This document shows, piece by piece, positions 1-8,299 of a DNA stretch of 32,000 bases. Position numbers and translations under genes: made by a program. The notes below the pieces were generated by a model. It saw only the letters and a list, made by a program, of their open reading frames with translations. It was not told the origin of the DNA and made no database searches. Each line of letters begins with the position of its first letter. Positions within the stretch are counted from its first letter, which is position 1. Source of the DNA: Akkermansia muciniphila ATCC BAA-835 (GTDB taxonomy: Bacteria; Verrucomicrobiota; Verrucomicrobiia; Verrucomicrobiales; Akkermansiaceae); NCBI RefSeq assembly GCF_000020225.1, contig NC_010655.1, forward strand, positions 1,410,001 to 1,442,000, in the 5' to 3' direction.

Positions 1-31
1 CGCCTTTCCGGCGGGCCGGGAACAGGTGAGT

Positions 32-1084
32 TTATTTGGCGGGTTCCTTGTCCAGGTTCAGGATACCCAGTACAGACATGTTGCCTTCCGCATCTTTTCC
101 GGAGGGGAGATAGACCTTCGCATTGTTCAGCATGTTTTCAAAGGCCTTGGCGCGGAGCATGTTCGGTCCCATGGCCTTTTCCTTCAATGCCAGTCCTTCC
201 GCTTCCGCCCGGGCTGCTTCCAGGGCTGCTTCCGCCTGGGCCTTGCCCCGCATGACAATGACTTTGGCCTCCGCTTCTCCCCGGGCCAGGTTAGCGTTTA
301 CTTCCTGGCGCGCTATTTCCATTTTCATGGCGCCTTCCGCCTCCCCGCGTGCACGCTGGATGGCGATGTCTTTCCGGGCGATTTGAAGTTCCGTTTCCTT
401 GCGTTCGTTTTCCTGAGTCGTCTGAACTTTTCTGACGACGGATTCAATGATGGCCTGCGGGGGATTTGTTTCCCCCACGGCTACGGAATCCACAATAAAG
501 GGGGTGCCGTCCAGCCGCTTGCTTAACTGCGTGTAAACGTTGTCGGAAATTTTTTGCAGGCTGCCGGAGGCGTCCAGGGCATTGTACTGGCTTAATTCCG
601 CCCGCACGGCTGTACGGAAAGGCTGCTGAATGAAATTTTTGTAGGCAAAGAGCATGATTTCGTCCGCCACTTCGTCATCATTGCGGCCGGAGCTTTGGGC
701 GATGCCTCCGTAATCTTCCATGAATTCCTTTACCCGGGACGGGTCCAGCCGGTAAACCAGAGAAGCTTTGCAGGAGATGGGGAGCTTGTCCTTGCCCAGA
801 ATAGCCCCTCCATTGCGGGCGTCGAATTCTTCCACCGTGGTATCCGGCGTGATGGAAACCTTGCTGACTTCCTTTCTCCACGCCCATCCCGTGGAGGACG
901 GCCCGATCAGGATGCCTTCAAACCTGTTCTGTCCGAAAATGGGTTTGGAATAGACATATCCGGCAAAGCCGGACAATACGCGCTTGTTGCTGAAATTCTG
1001 GAAGGCAAAAATGGCGGCGCCCACAGCGACGAAGATGACGGCGGGAATGAGCAGGGAGAAGGCGGTTTTGGGAGATTTATTCAT
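32..1084 (-). CDS. SPFH/band-7 (prohibitin/HflK/flotillin-like) membrane protein
   Basis: 350-aa ORF with an ATG start. It has an N-terminal TM helix (LLIPAVIFVAVGAAIFAF) and a central SPFH-like core. The C-terminus is an Ala/Glu-rich coiled coil (RGEAEGAMKMEIARQE...AQAEAALEAARAEAEG), typical of band-7 proteins. Confidence 0.8.
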   Translation of the reverse strand: MNKSPKTAFSLLIPAVIFVAVGAAIFAFQNFSNKRVLSGFAGYVYSKPIFGQNRFEGILIGPSSTGWAWRKEVSKVSITPDTTVEEFDARNGGAILGKDKLPISCKASLVYRLDPSRVKEFMEDYGGIAQSSGRNDDEVADEIMLFAYKNFIQQPFRTAVRAELSQYNALDASGSLQKISDNVYTQLSKRLDGTPFIVDSVAVGETNPPQAIIESVVRKVQTTQENERKETELQIARKDIAIQRARGEAEGAMKMEIARQEVNANLARGEAEAKVIVMRGKAQAEAALEAARAEAEGLALKEKAMGPNMLRAKAFENMLNNAKVYLPSGKDAEGNMSVLGILNLDKEPAK

Positions 1085-1343
1085 GACAGGGCAGCGGTTG
1101 TGACGGTATCCAACATAAGATGAGGCTGGTGAAAATCAAGTTATCTTTTCCTGTGCGGCCGGGAAAAGTATTCTACTGAAGAAACTCTTTCCGGAAGAGG
1201 GAATGCGGCAAAGTCTGTCCTCTTCTGAACACAGGGGAGTGCCGGAAATGTCTTATCCGGCAAAGGCTGCCTGTTCCGTGGGGGGATTCCGGCGAGGTGC
1301 CGGACCTCCGCCCCGGAGGCGGGCCTCCATTTGGGTTAAGGTG

Positions 1344-2213
1344 ATGAATGTAGCCATTACGGGATCCGGAGGATTTATAGGGAGTCATTTGTCCAAGCGT
1401 CTTGAGATGTTCGGGCATCGGGTGACGCCCTTGCGGCGCTATCTGTTTGCCCAGGAGGGCGTGGATTGTCTGGCGCAGGCCCTGGCGGGATGCCATGCCG
1501 TCATCAATCTGGCCGGAGCGCCCATCGACCGGCGCTGGACGGATGCCTACAAGAGGGAGCTGGTGGAGAGCCGCATCATGACCACCCGCAAGCTGGTGGA
1601 AGCGGTCAACAGGTTGCATGAACCGCCGGGAGTGATGATTTCCGCCTCTGCTGTCGGGTACTATGGCTCGTCCGGCGGCTGTCATGGGGAACTGGACGAT
1701 CCGGAAGCGGATTCCTTTCTGGCGGAATTGTGCGTGGCCTGGGAAAAGGAGGCCGGGCTGGTGAACAGCTCCGTGCGGCTGGTCCTTACCCGGTTTGGCG
1801 TAGTTCTTTCTCCGGATGGAGGGGCGCTCCCCGAGATGATGCGGCCGGCCCGGTTCGGCGTTACGGCAACCGCAGGAAATCCGGATCATCTTTTTTCCTG
1901 GGTGGCTTTGGAAGATCTGGCGGATGCCCTGGTCTTCATTATGGGCCGGCAGGATATTTCCGGCCCGGTCAATGTAACGGCGCCGGAGCTCACCACCAAC
2001 CGGGAATTCTACAGGGCAGCCGCGGAACATTTCCACACCCGTCTGTCCATCCGTGTTCCGGACGCCGTTCTGCGGTTGCTGATGGGAGAAGCTTCCCAGG
2101 TGATTACCGGCGGCCAGTGCGCCGTTCCGGAGACGCTGATGAGGGAAGGGTTTACATTCCAATATCCGGATATCCGCACTTTTTTTAACAAAGCATTTTC
2201 TGTCAAATCATGA
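1344..2213 (+). CDS. TIGR01777/YfcH-type NAD-dependent epimerase family protein (SDR39U1-like, DUF1731 C-terminus)
   Basis: The Rossmann motif sits at the proposed N-terminus (MNVAITGSGGFIGSHL). The body is collinear with the YfcH family (RPG.VLS..GGAL..M, FQYP near the C-terminus). The track ORF starts at 1203, but its 47-codon extension is Arg/Pro-rich junk, so I start at ATG 1344. Confidence 0.8.
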   Translation: MNVAITGSGGFIGSHLSKRLEMFGHRVTPLRRYLFAQEGVDCLAQALAGCHAVINLAGAPIDRRWTDAYKRELVESRIMTTRKLVEAVNRLHEPPGVMISASAVGYYGSSGGCHGELDDPEADSFLAELCVAWEKEAGLVNSSVRLVLTRFGVVLSPDGGALPEMMRPARFGVTATAGNPDHLFSWVALEDLADALVFIMGRQDISGPVNVTAPELTTNREFYRAAAEHFHTRLSIRVPDAVLRLLMGEASQVITGGQCAVPETLMREGFTFQYPDIRTFFNKAFSVKS

Positions 2214-2719
2214 GCATGATACAGACCATCGTTACTTCCCTGTTTCACGGCCATTCCGTCAAAACCGATCCCATGCCGGATTTCAATCTGGAACGTTATC
2301 TGGGGGAATGGCACGAAATAGCCCGTCTGGAAAACTGGTTCGAGCGCGGGCTCAGCAGGGTTCTTGCCCGGTATGACCGCAGGGAGGACGGTTCCATTTC
2401 CGTGGTTAACAGCGGTTATGACGTTCGTACCGGGGAACGGAAGGAGGCGCGTGCACGGGCGGTGGCGGGGGATGCCCCCAATCATTTGAAAGTGTACTTT
2501 GTACCACTGGTATACGGCCGGTATGAAGTGGCTTTCCTGGATGAGAATTACACCCGCTCCGTAGTTTCCGGCGGTTCCCTGAATTATCTGTGGCTGCTTG
2601 CCCGCTCGCCGCAGTTGAAGGATGACGAGCTTCAGCCGATGCTTCATTGCGCGGAAAAACTGGGGTATGATACTTCCCGGTTGATTTACGCCAATGTCCA
2701 GGCCTCTCCGGACAAATAA
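2210..2719 (+). CDS. blc: bacterial lipocalin (Blc family)
   Basis: 169 aa with a lipocalin signature region (FNLERYLGEWHEIARLENWFERG, YLWLLARSP). The start ATG overlaps the upstream stop as ATGA (2210-2213), which suggests translational coupling. Confidence 0.8.
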   Translation: MSMIQTIVTSLFHGHSVKTDPMPDFNLERYLGEWHEIARLENWFERGLSRVLARYDRREDGSISVVNSGYDVRTGERKEARARAVAGDAPNHLKVYFVPLVYGRYEVAFLDENYTRSVVSGGSLNYLWLLARSPQLKDDELQPMLHCAEKLGYDTSRLIYANVQASPDK

Positions 2720-2981
2720 CATGGGGCGGGCTTGAAGAAGCGGCGTGCCGTGAATATGGGATATTTCTGAAATGGGGAATGTGGAAAAGGTGGCTTTCCT
2801 CCTGCCAGGAAAAAATTTTTGGGCATGGGCCGGGCGTTCCTTTCCAGTGTTCCGCCGTGCGGGAATGTCATGCTTTTGAGTTATCCGGTGTGATTCTTCT
2901 TCCTGCATGGCTCCGGTTCCGTATTTTTCCGCTTTTTCCTGCCCCGTTCTTTCCGTTTTTTTGCAAAGAACAGGGAAAAAC

Positions 2982-2995
2982 GCAGGCGCCTGCTT
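2982..2995. repeat. copy 1 of the exact 14-nt motif GCAGGCGCCTGCTT (12-nt palindromic core), about 90 nt upstream of the ilvC ATG
   Basis: Read directly from the sequence. The identical 14-mer recurs at 29801-29814. I found no other caggcgcctg in the window by eye. Confidence 0.7.
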
Positions 2996-3035
2996 AAAAT
3001 AGGCTTGCAATCATGAGAAGGATGGATATGTTGGC

Positions 3036-3066
3036 ATTCATCCAAACATTGGATGTTTGGATGAAT
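3036..3066 (+). promoter_or_regulatory. perfect 13-bp inverted repeat (attcatccaaaca-ttgga-tgtttggatgaat) in the ilvC 5' leader
   Basis: Read directly from the sequence. The arms are 3036-3048 and 3054-3066 with a 5-nt loop. The repeat ends 9 nt before the AAGGAG Shine-Dalgarno (3076-3081) of ilvC. A possible TTGCAA(3005-3010)-N16-TATGTT(3027-3032) promoter lies just upstream. Confidence 0.5.
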
Positions 3067-3086
3067 TACTTAAAGAAGGAGTAACA

Positions 3087-4067
3087 ATGGATATTATTCA
3101 TGACAACGCCGCTGATCTCAGCGCATTGAACGGCAAGACCGTTGCCGTGATCGGATATGGCGCCCAGGGGCGCGCTCAGGCACTTTGCATGCGTGATTCC
3201 GGTGTGAACGTGATTATCGGCGTTCGCCCCGGCAAGTCTTTTGACGCCGCCGCCCAGGATGGATTCCAGGTAATGAGCGTCGCGGAAGCCGCCGAAAAAG
3301 CGGACATCATTCACATTCTGCTGCCGGATGAAAGCCACGGCGCCGTGTATGAAGCTGAAATCAAGCCTCACTTGAAGGCCGGCAAGACGCTTTGCTGCTC
3401 CCATGGCTTCGCGTATGTTTTCAATACCATCGTCCCCCCTGCGGATGTAGATGTAATCATGGTGGCCCCCAAGGGCCCGGGCACGGAAGTGCGCCGAGTA
3501 TTTGAAGAAGGGTTCGGCTGCCCCGGCCTGATTGCCGTTCATCAGAACCCCTCCGGCAAGGCCCGTGACGTGGCTCTTGCCATGGCCAAGGCGGAAGGCC
3601 TGACCCGCGGCGGCGTGCTGGAATGCACCATGGCCCAGGAAACGTATGAAGACCTGTTCGGTGAACAGAACGTCCTGTGCGGTGGTCTGGTGGACCTGAT
3701 GAAGTACGGCTTTGAAACCCTGACGGAAGCCGGCTATCCGCCGGAAATGGCCTACTTTGAGTGCGTGCATGAAGCCAAGCTCATCGTGGACCTGATTTAT
3801 AACGGCGGCATCCAGAAGATGAACTCCGTGATTTCCAACACGGCCGAATTCGGCGAATATTACAACGGCCCGCAGATCCTGCCCGCAGAGGTGAAGGAAC
3901 GCATGAAGGAATCCCTCAAGCGCATTGAATCCGGCAAGTTCGCCAAGGACTGGCTGGAAGAGGCAGCCAAGGGCGCTCCCAACCTCAAAGCCAAGCGCGA
4001 AGCCCTGGGTCAGCACCCGGTGGAAATCGTGGGCGCCAAGATCCGCAGTCTGTTTGAAAGGAACTAA
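3087..4067 (+). CDS. ilvC: ketol-acid reductoisomerase (class I, NADP+)
   Basis: 326 aa with unmistakable KARI motifs (VAVIGYGAQGRAQALCMRDSG, LLPDE, GHGFA-like SHGFAYV, MAQETYEDLFGEQNVLCGG). AAGGAG lies 5 nt upstream of ATG 3087. The track start at 3057 is a TTG alternative. Confidence 0.96.
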   Translation: MDIIHDNAADLSALNGKTVAVIGYGAQGRAQALCMRDSGVNVIIGVRPGKSFDAAAQDGFQVMSVAEAAEKADIIHILLPDESHGAVYEAEIKPHLKAGKTLCCSHGFAYVFNTIVPPADVDVIMVAPKGPGTEVRRVFEEGFGCPGLIAVHQNPSGKARDVALAMAKAEGLTRGGVLECTMAQETYEDLFGEQNVLCGGLVDLMKYGFETLTEAGYPPEMAYFECVHEAKLIVDLIYNGGIQKMNSVISNTAEFGEYYNGPQILPAEVKERMKESLKRIESGKFAKDWLEEAAKGAPNLKAKREALGQHPVEIVGAKIRSLFERN

Positions 4068-4166
4068 GGTTTCTTTTACTTGAAACACATGCCGTTCCGT
4101 CGGAATACGGCGGAGCGGCACGTATATTCCCGGGCTTTTCCCGGAAATCCGCCATTGATTCAGTTT

Positions 4167-4964
4167 ATGGAGCATGCCTCACCGGCCGTCAATGTAGAAA
4201 ACGCTAGGGTATACCTGGGCGGGCACGAAATCCTGCACAATATTTCCTGGCAGGTGCAGCGCGGAGAACGTTGTTTTATTCTGGGGGCCAACGGCGCCGG
4301 AAAGACAACGCTGGTCAAAGTGCTGATGGGGTTTGCATGGCCGCTTTTCGGAGCCAGGGTGCAGGTTCTGGGCAAGACCTTCGGGCACGTGAACCTGCTG
4401 GAATTGCGCAAGTCCATTGCGTGGGTGAGTCCGTTCATGCACAAGTGGCTGGAGGATGGCTCCTGGAACGGGCGCGACATGGTGCTTTCCGGCCCTGACG
4501 GAACTATCGGCCTCCTGAGGGAGCCGACGCCGGAAGAGGAGGAAAAAGCCGCAGGAATCATGAAATCCCTGAAAGCGGAGCATTTGATGGACAGGCCGGT
4601 GGTGGCCATGTCTTCCGGGGAACAGGTGAAAGTGCTGATTGCCCGGGCTCTGATGACGAATCCGGAACTGATGATTCTGGACGAACCCAGCGTTTACCTG
4701 GATTTGGCAGGGCGGGAATTTTTGTTGAAAACCATTGAAGAACTGGCTGAAACGAGGCCTGATCTGACCATCATGTTCATCACCCAGCGCATTGAAGATA
4801 TCCTTCCCGTATTTAACCGCGGCATGATTTTAAAGTCCGGAGAAATCGTGGCGCATGGAAGCCGGGACGAGGTGCTGACGGAGGAAAACCTGAAAGACGC
4901 CTTTGGGCTGGATATCCAGTTAATCAAGACGGAGAAGGGGCGTCTCTGGACCGTTATCCGATAA
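4167..4964 (+). CDS. ABC transporter ATP-binding protein (orphan, YlmA/ModF-like; no adjacent permease)
   Basis: It carries Walker A (GANGAGKTTL), the ABC signature (MSSGEQ) and Walker B (LMILDEPSVYLD). I start at the first ATG (MEHASPAV...), because the track start at 4080 is TTG. Confidence 0.8.
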   Translation: MEHASPAVNVENARVYLGGHEILHNISWQVQRGERCFILGANGAGKTTLVKVLMGFAWPLFGARVQVLGKTFGHVNLLELRKSIAWVSPFMHKWLEDGSWNGRDMVLSGPDGTIGLLREPTPEEEEKAAGIMKSLKAEHLMDRPVVAMSSGEQVKVLIARALMTNPELMILDEPSVYLDLAGREFLLKTIEELAETRPDLTIMFITQRIEDILPVFNRGMILKSGEIVAHGSRDEVLTEENLKDAFGLDIQLIKTEKGRLWTVIR

Positions 4965-4970
4965 TTTTTC

Positions 4971-5666
4971 ATGAAGCAGTCCAAGACAATGGAGCTGAAG
5001 AAACCGGTGCGGGTGTCCCTGGCCCGCCAGGTGCTTACCGCCATGGAATCCATGATACGGTCCGGCAAATGGAAGGTTGGAGACCGCATTCCCGCGGAAG
5101 CGGAACTGGCCCGTGCCTTTTCCGTCAGCCACAACACCATCCGCGAAGCCCTTCAATCCCTGATTCACATGGGGATGCTGGAAGCGCGCCCCGGAGACGG
5201 CACGTACGTGATGGCGTCAGACCGCTTTGCCGTCGCGGTGAGCAACCGCCTCAAGGAATCCGAGCTGCCTCAGATTCTGGAGGCGCGGCTGGCTTTGGAA
5301 AAGGAAATTGCGCGGCTGGCCGCCGTTAAAAGGACGGATGAAGATTTGAAGGAGCTGGAAAATGCCCTGAAGGACTGCCACGGCAGGGTAAGGCAGGGCA
5401 TTGAGGATGACATGCTGTTTCATGCCGCCGTGGCCCGCGCCACGCATAATCCGGTGCTCTCGGAATTGTATAACGTGGTCATCCGCCATGTGCAGGAGAA
5501 TCTGGAAAAGCTGCTTCAGGAGAAGCAATACGACTCCGGCGCCATGAAGCTGCATGACGACCTTCTCGCAGCCATCAGGAAGCAGGAGGCGGATGAAGCG
5601 GAGAACATTATTGTAAAGATTGTGGAATTTGACACCGTCAGCATAGGCGGGGCATTCATTTCTTGA
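4971..5666 (+). CDS. GntR-family transcriptional regulator, FadR subfamily (FCD C-terminal domain)
   Basis: The N-terminal winged HTH (IPAEAELARAFSVSHNTIREALQSLIHMGMLEARPGDGTYV) is followed by an all-helical FCD-like domain (LEARLALEKEIARLAA...FHAAVARATHNPVL). It begins 7 nt after the ABC ATPase gene, so the two are probably co-transcribed. Confidence 0.85.
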   Translation: MKQSKTMELKKPVRVSLARQVLTAMESMIRSGKWKVGDRIPAEAELARAFSVSHNTIREALQSLIHMGMLEARPGDGTYVMASDRFAVAVSNRLKESELPQILEARLALEKEIARLAAVKRTDEDLKELENALKDCHGRVRQGIEDDMLFHAAVARATHNPVLSELYNVVIRHVQENLEKLLQEKQYDSGAMKLHDDLLAAIRKQEADEAENIIVKIVEFDTVSIGGAFIS

Positions 5667-5866
5667 ATTGCCGGCAGGGAAGATGCCGTTGCGGTGGCAG
5701 AGTTATTCTTTTTTATTTCCCGGTGCTTTTCTTGCCAGCGGGCTTTCCGGCAAATAACTGCGTTCTGGAATTGCCTGCCAAATTAGTCTTTCCGTACAAA
5801 GGCGCCGGAGGCAATTCTCATGATTTTTATCCTTTTCCGGATATGGAATTTTACTACAATTCGAAT

Positions 5867-6529
5867 ATGGCTACCCGTACTGAATGGAAGTGCCCGGCAT
5901 GCGGTGCCCTTCTGGCTATGGAAGATGTGAATATGGCTGCGGATATGGTGTTATGCCGCTCCTGCAATAAGATAAGCAAATTTTCAGAGATTGTTCAGGA
6001 GGAAAGGGATGAGGAAATTCTTGATTCCATTCCCCGCCGCATGAGCGTGACGAAAACGGCGAGGGGGCTGGAAATAACGTATAAGAAGCCAAAAGGAGCG
6101 GGACTTTTTCTACTGATGTTTTCGGTTTTTTGGAATTCTGTGACATGCGTTGCCCTGTTTGCGGTGATGAGGGAAATGTCTTGCGAAAATCTGTTCGGAC
6201 TATTGTTTTTAATCCCTTTTGTTCTGGTTGGGGCTGGTACATTTGCGGGAGCTTTTTATGTGTTGTTTGGCCGTATGACGCTGATCCTGACGCCAGGCAG
6301 GGGGGAATTGTTCCGAGGAGTAGGGAACCTGGGCCGCCGACAGCATTTTTTGCTGGAGAAAGGTTCCCGTATTTCCATTGAGGCAAGCAGTATGCGACGG
6401 AATGATGAAGTTTTAGACAAGGTTGTAGTGGGGCTGCCGGACGGCAAGACGTTTGAATTTGGTACAGGGATTGAGGAAGTGGAGGCCCAGCAGTATATAG
6501 CGGCTCTGCTGCGGAAAATGAGGGGATAG
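5867..6529 (+). CDS. hypothetical zinc-ribbon membrane protein (CxxC...CxxC + 2 TM helices + soluble C-terminal domain)
   Basis: The N-terminal zinc ribbon is WKCPACG...VLCRSCNK. Two hydrophobic helices follow (LFLLMFSVFWNSVTCVALFAV and LFGLLFLIPFVLVGAGTFAGAFYVLF). Coding is visibly AT-richer than in the neighbours. The start is uncertain: ATG 5867 or ATG 5843, while the track start at 5663 is TTG. Confidence 0.55.
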   Translation: MATRTEWKCPACGALLAMEDVNMAADMVLCRSCNKISKFSEIVQEERDEEILDSIPRRMSVTKTARGLEITYKKPKGAGLFLLMFSVFWNSVTCVALFAVMREMSCENLFGLLFLIPFVLVGAGTFAGAFYVLFGRMTLILTPGRGELFRGVGNLGRRQHFLLEKGSRISIEASSMRRNDEVLDKVVVGLPDGKTFEFGTGIEEVEAQQYIAALLRKMRG

Positions 6530-6783
6530 GGCTGTGATGCCTGAATGCGGAGAAGGTCTTGGAATGCCCTGGCTCCGCTGTTTTTCAGCAGGCAGGGGAA
6601 TCCGTCCTGGAGGGAAGGGAGCGGGGATATGGATTTCCGTTTCCGGGAAGGAATGGGCGCAAGCCTTTTTTGTTGGCAAAATCCATGGACAGCGGGCAGG
6701 GTTTCCATTTGAGGCATGATAGCGGGAATTCCGGGAATGAGGTTTTTTGATTGATATGGAGAATAAGGTACGTAGATTAACGT

Positions 6784-8181
6784 ATGATGAAGGAAGTGCG
6801 CCTTTTGTTAATTCTGTGCGGTTTGTTTTGCGGAACGGCAGTTGCGCAGCCCCGCCTTTCCTCACCGCCGAACATGATTGTCATTCTGGCGGATGACCTG
6901 GGTTATGGGGATTTGGGCTGTACAGGTTCCAAGCAGATAAAAACGCCTTCCCTTGACCGGCTGGCAAGGGAGGGGGTGTTCTGCTCCCGGGCGTATGTGA
7001 CGGCGCCGATGTGTTCTCCCTCCCGCATGGGACTGCTGACGGGGCGTTTCCCCAAGCGTTACGGCATCACGACGAATCCCAATATCCAGATGGATTATCT
7101 TCCGGAGTCCCACTACGGGCTGCCGCAGACGGAGAAATTGATTCCGGAGTATTTGGCTCCCTGTGGGTACCGGAGCGCGGTATTCGGCAAGTGGCATCTT
7201 GGCCACACGAAGGGATATACGCCGCCGGAGCGCGGTTTTACGCATTGGTGGGGGTTCCTGGGCGGTTCCCGGCATTATTTTCCCGTGAAGAAAGAGGCTG
7301 AAGGCCTGAATCCCTCCATGATTGTATCCAATTTTACGGATAAGACGGACATCACCTATTTGACGGACGATATTACAGACCGGGCGGTTGAATTTCTGCA
7401 GGAAGCCGGAAAGGATAAGAAACCGTTTTTCATGTTCGTTTCCTACAACGCCCCCCATTGGCCCAATGAAGCCAAACCGGAGGATATCGCCAAATTCAGG
7501 AACGTGCAGAACGGGGAACGACGGGTTTATTGCGCCATGGTATATGCGATGGACAGGGGAATAGGCCGCATTCTGGATGCCTTGAAAGCAGACGGTTTGG
7601 AAAAGGATACCATCGTCGTCTTCCTGTCGGACAATGGAGGCGCTCCGGAAGCTTCTTCCTGCAACGCCCCTTTCCGGGGTGCCAAGAGGCAGCATTTTGA
7701 AGGAGGTGTTCGCGTACCTTTTATTATCAGATATCCGGCGGACAAGCGTTTGGTTCCCGGAAGCGTTTGCAGACAGCCCGTTTCCTCCGTGGATTTGCTT
7801 CCCGCTTTGCTGAAGGCGAATGGCCGTCACATTCCCAGGAAGCTGGACGGCATGGATATTCTGGAGCTGGTGGGGAACAAGGGAGCTCCCGTTCCGCGCA
7901 CCTTTTTCTGGTGCACGGATTACACGTCCGCTGTGCTGACCGGTGATATGAAGTACCTGCTGGTCCCGGATCGCGCTCCGCAGTTTTATAATGTGGCGGA
8001 CGATCCCCAGGAACAGAGGGATTTGTATTTTTCCAGGCACCAGGATGCGGATCTCCTCGCTAAAAAGCTGGGAACATACCTGACTACGACGCCTGCATGC
8101 CGTTTTCCCGACAGTATCAGCTGGTCCGCCAAATTGATGAGGGAGTATGACAAGACTGCGCCGGACAGGCAGCCTGAGTAA
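6784..8181 (+). CDS. secreted Cys-type sulfatase (arylsulfatase / glycan sulfatase family S1)
   Basis: It has a signal peptide (LLLILCGLFCGTAVAQ). The metal-binding ILADDLGYGD motif and the formylglycine motif CSPSRMGLLTGR (C-x-P-x-R) are present, as are GKWHLG and SDNGG. Confidence 0.9.
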   Translation: MMKEVRLLLILCGLFCGTAVAQPRLSSPPNMIVILADDLGYGDLGCTGSKQIKTPSLDRLAREGVFCSRAYVTAPMCSPSRMGLLTGRFPKRYGITTNPNIQMDYLPESHYGLPQTEKLIPEYLAPCGYRSAVFGKWHLGHTKGYTPPERGFTHWWGFLGGSRHYFPVKKEAEGLNPSMIVSNFTDKTDITYLTDDITDRAVEFLQEAGKDKKPFFMFVSYNAPHWPNEAKPEDIAKFRNVQNGERRVYCAMVYAMDRGIGRILDALKADGLEKDTIVVFLSDNGGAPEASSCNAPFRGAKRQHFEGGVRVPFIIRYPADKRLVPGSVCRQPVSSVDLLPALLKANGRHIPRKLDGMDILELVGNKGAPVPRTFFWCTDYTSAVLTGDMKYLLVPDRAPQFYNVADDPQEQRDLYFSRHQDADLLAKKLGTYLTTTPACRFPDSISWSAKLMREYDKTAPDRQPE

Positions 8182-8254
8182 GGCTGCGTTGGCTTTGTTC
8201 CGTATTCCGTCCTGCATGCCAGCGTTTGGGAACCTATTACTACGGCGGGAGAGG

Positions 8255-8290
8255 GGGAGAAACCGCGTGCATGGTTTTCTTTTCCCGCTG
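8255..8290 (+). terminator. weak hairpin with a T-rich tail downstream of the sulfatase gene
   Basis: The sequence ggagaaacc-gcgtgcat-ggttttct is followed by tttccc. The stem is imperfect. It sits between the convergent sulfatase and ftsB-like genes. Confidence 0.3.
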
Positions 8291-8299
8291 AAAAACGCT

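Noticed and set aside
2779-2997. A 72-aa ORF (+) in the blc-ilvC spacer and a Phe/Pro-rich T-tract region (2920-2965).
   Set aside because: The low-complexity translation (FPLFPAPFFPFF) is driven by pyrimidine runs, so the stretch is more likely promoter or UTR DNA than coding.
3066-4175. Very long antisense ORFs that mirror real genes. Examples are 3066-4175(-) opposite ilvC, 6862-8217(-) opposite the sulfatase and 10076-11515(-) opposite dapL. Others are 11885-12937(-) opposite apbE, 18038-19039(+) opposite manC and 19703-21439(+) opposite parE. Two more are 23978-24964(-) opposite dinG and 28654-29823(+) opposite argB.
   Set aside because: Each lies fully inside a gene with an unmistakable homologous product on the other strand. 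Their translations are Arg/Gly/Pro/His-rich and low-complexity. Stop-codon depletion on the antisense strand is expected in GC-rich, codon-biased genomes. I see no evidence for overlapping genes.
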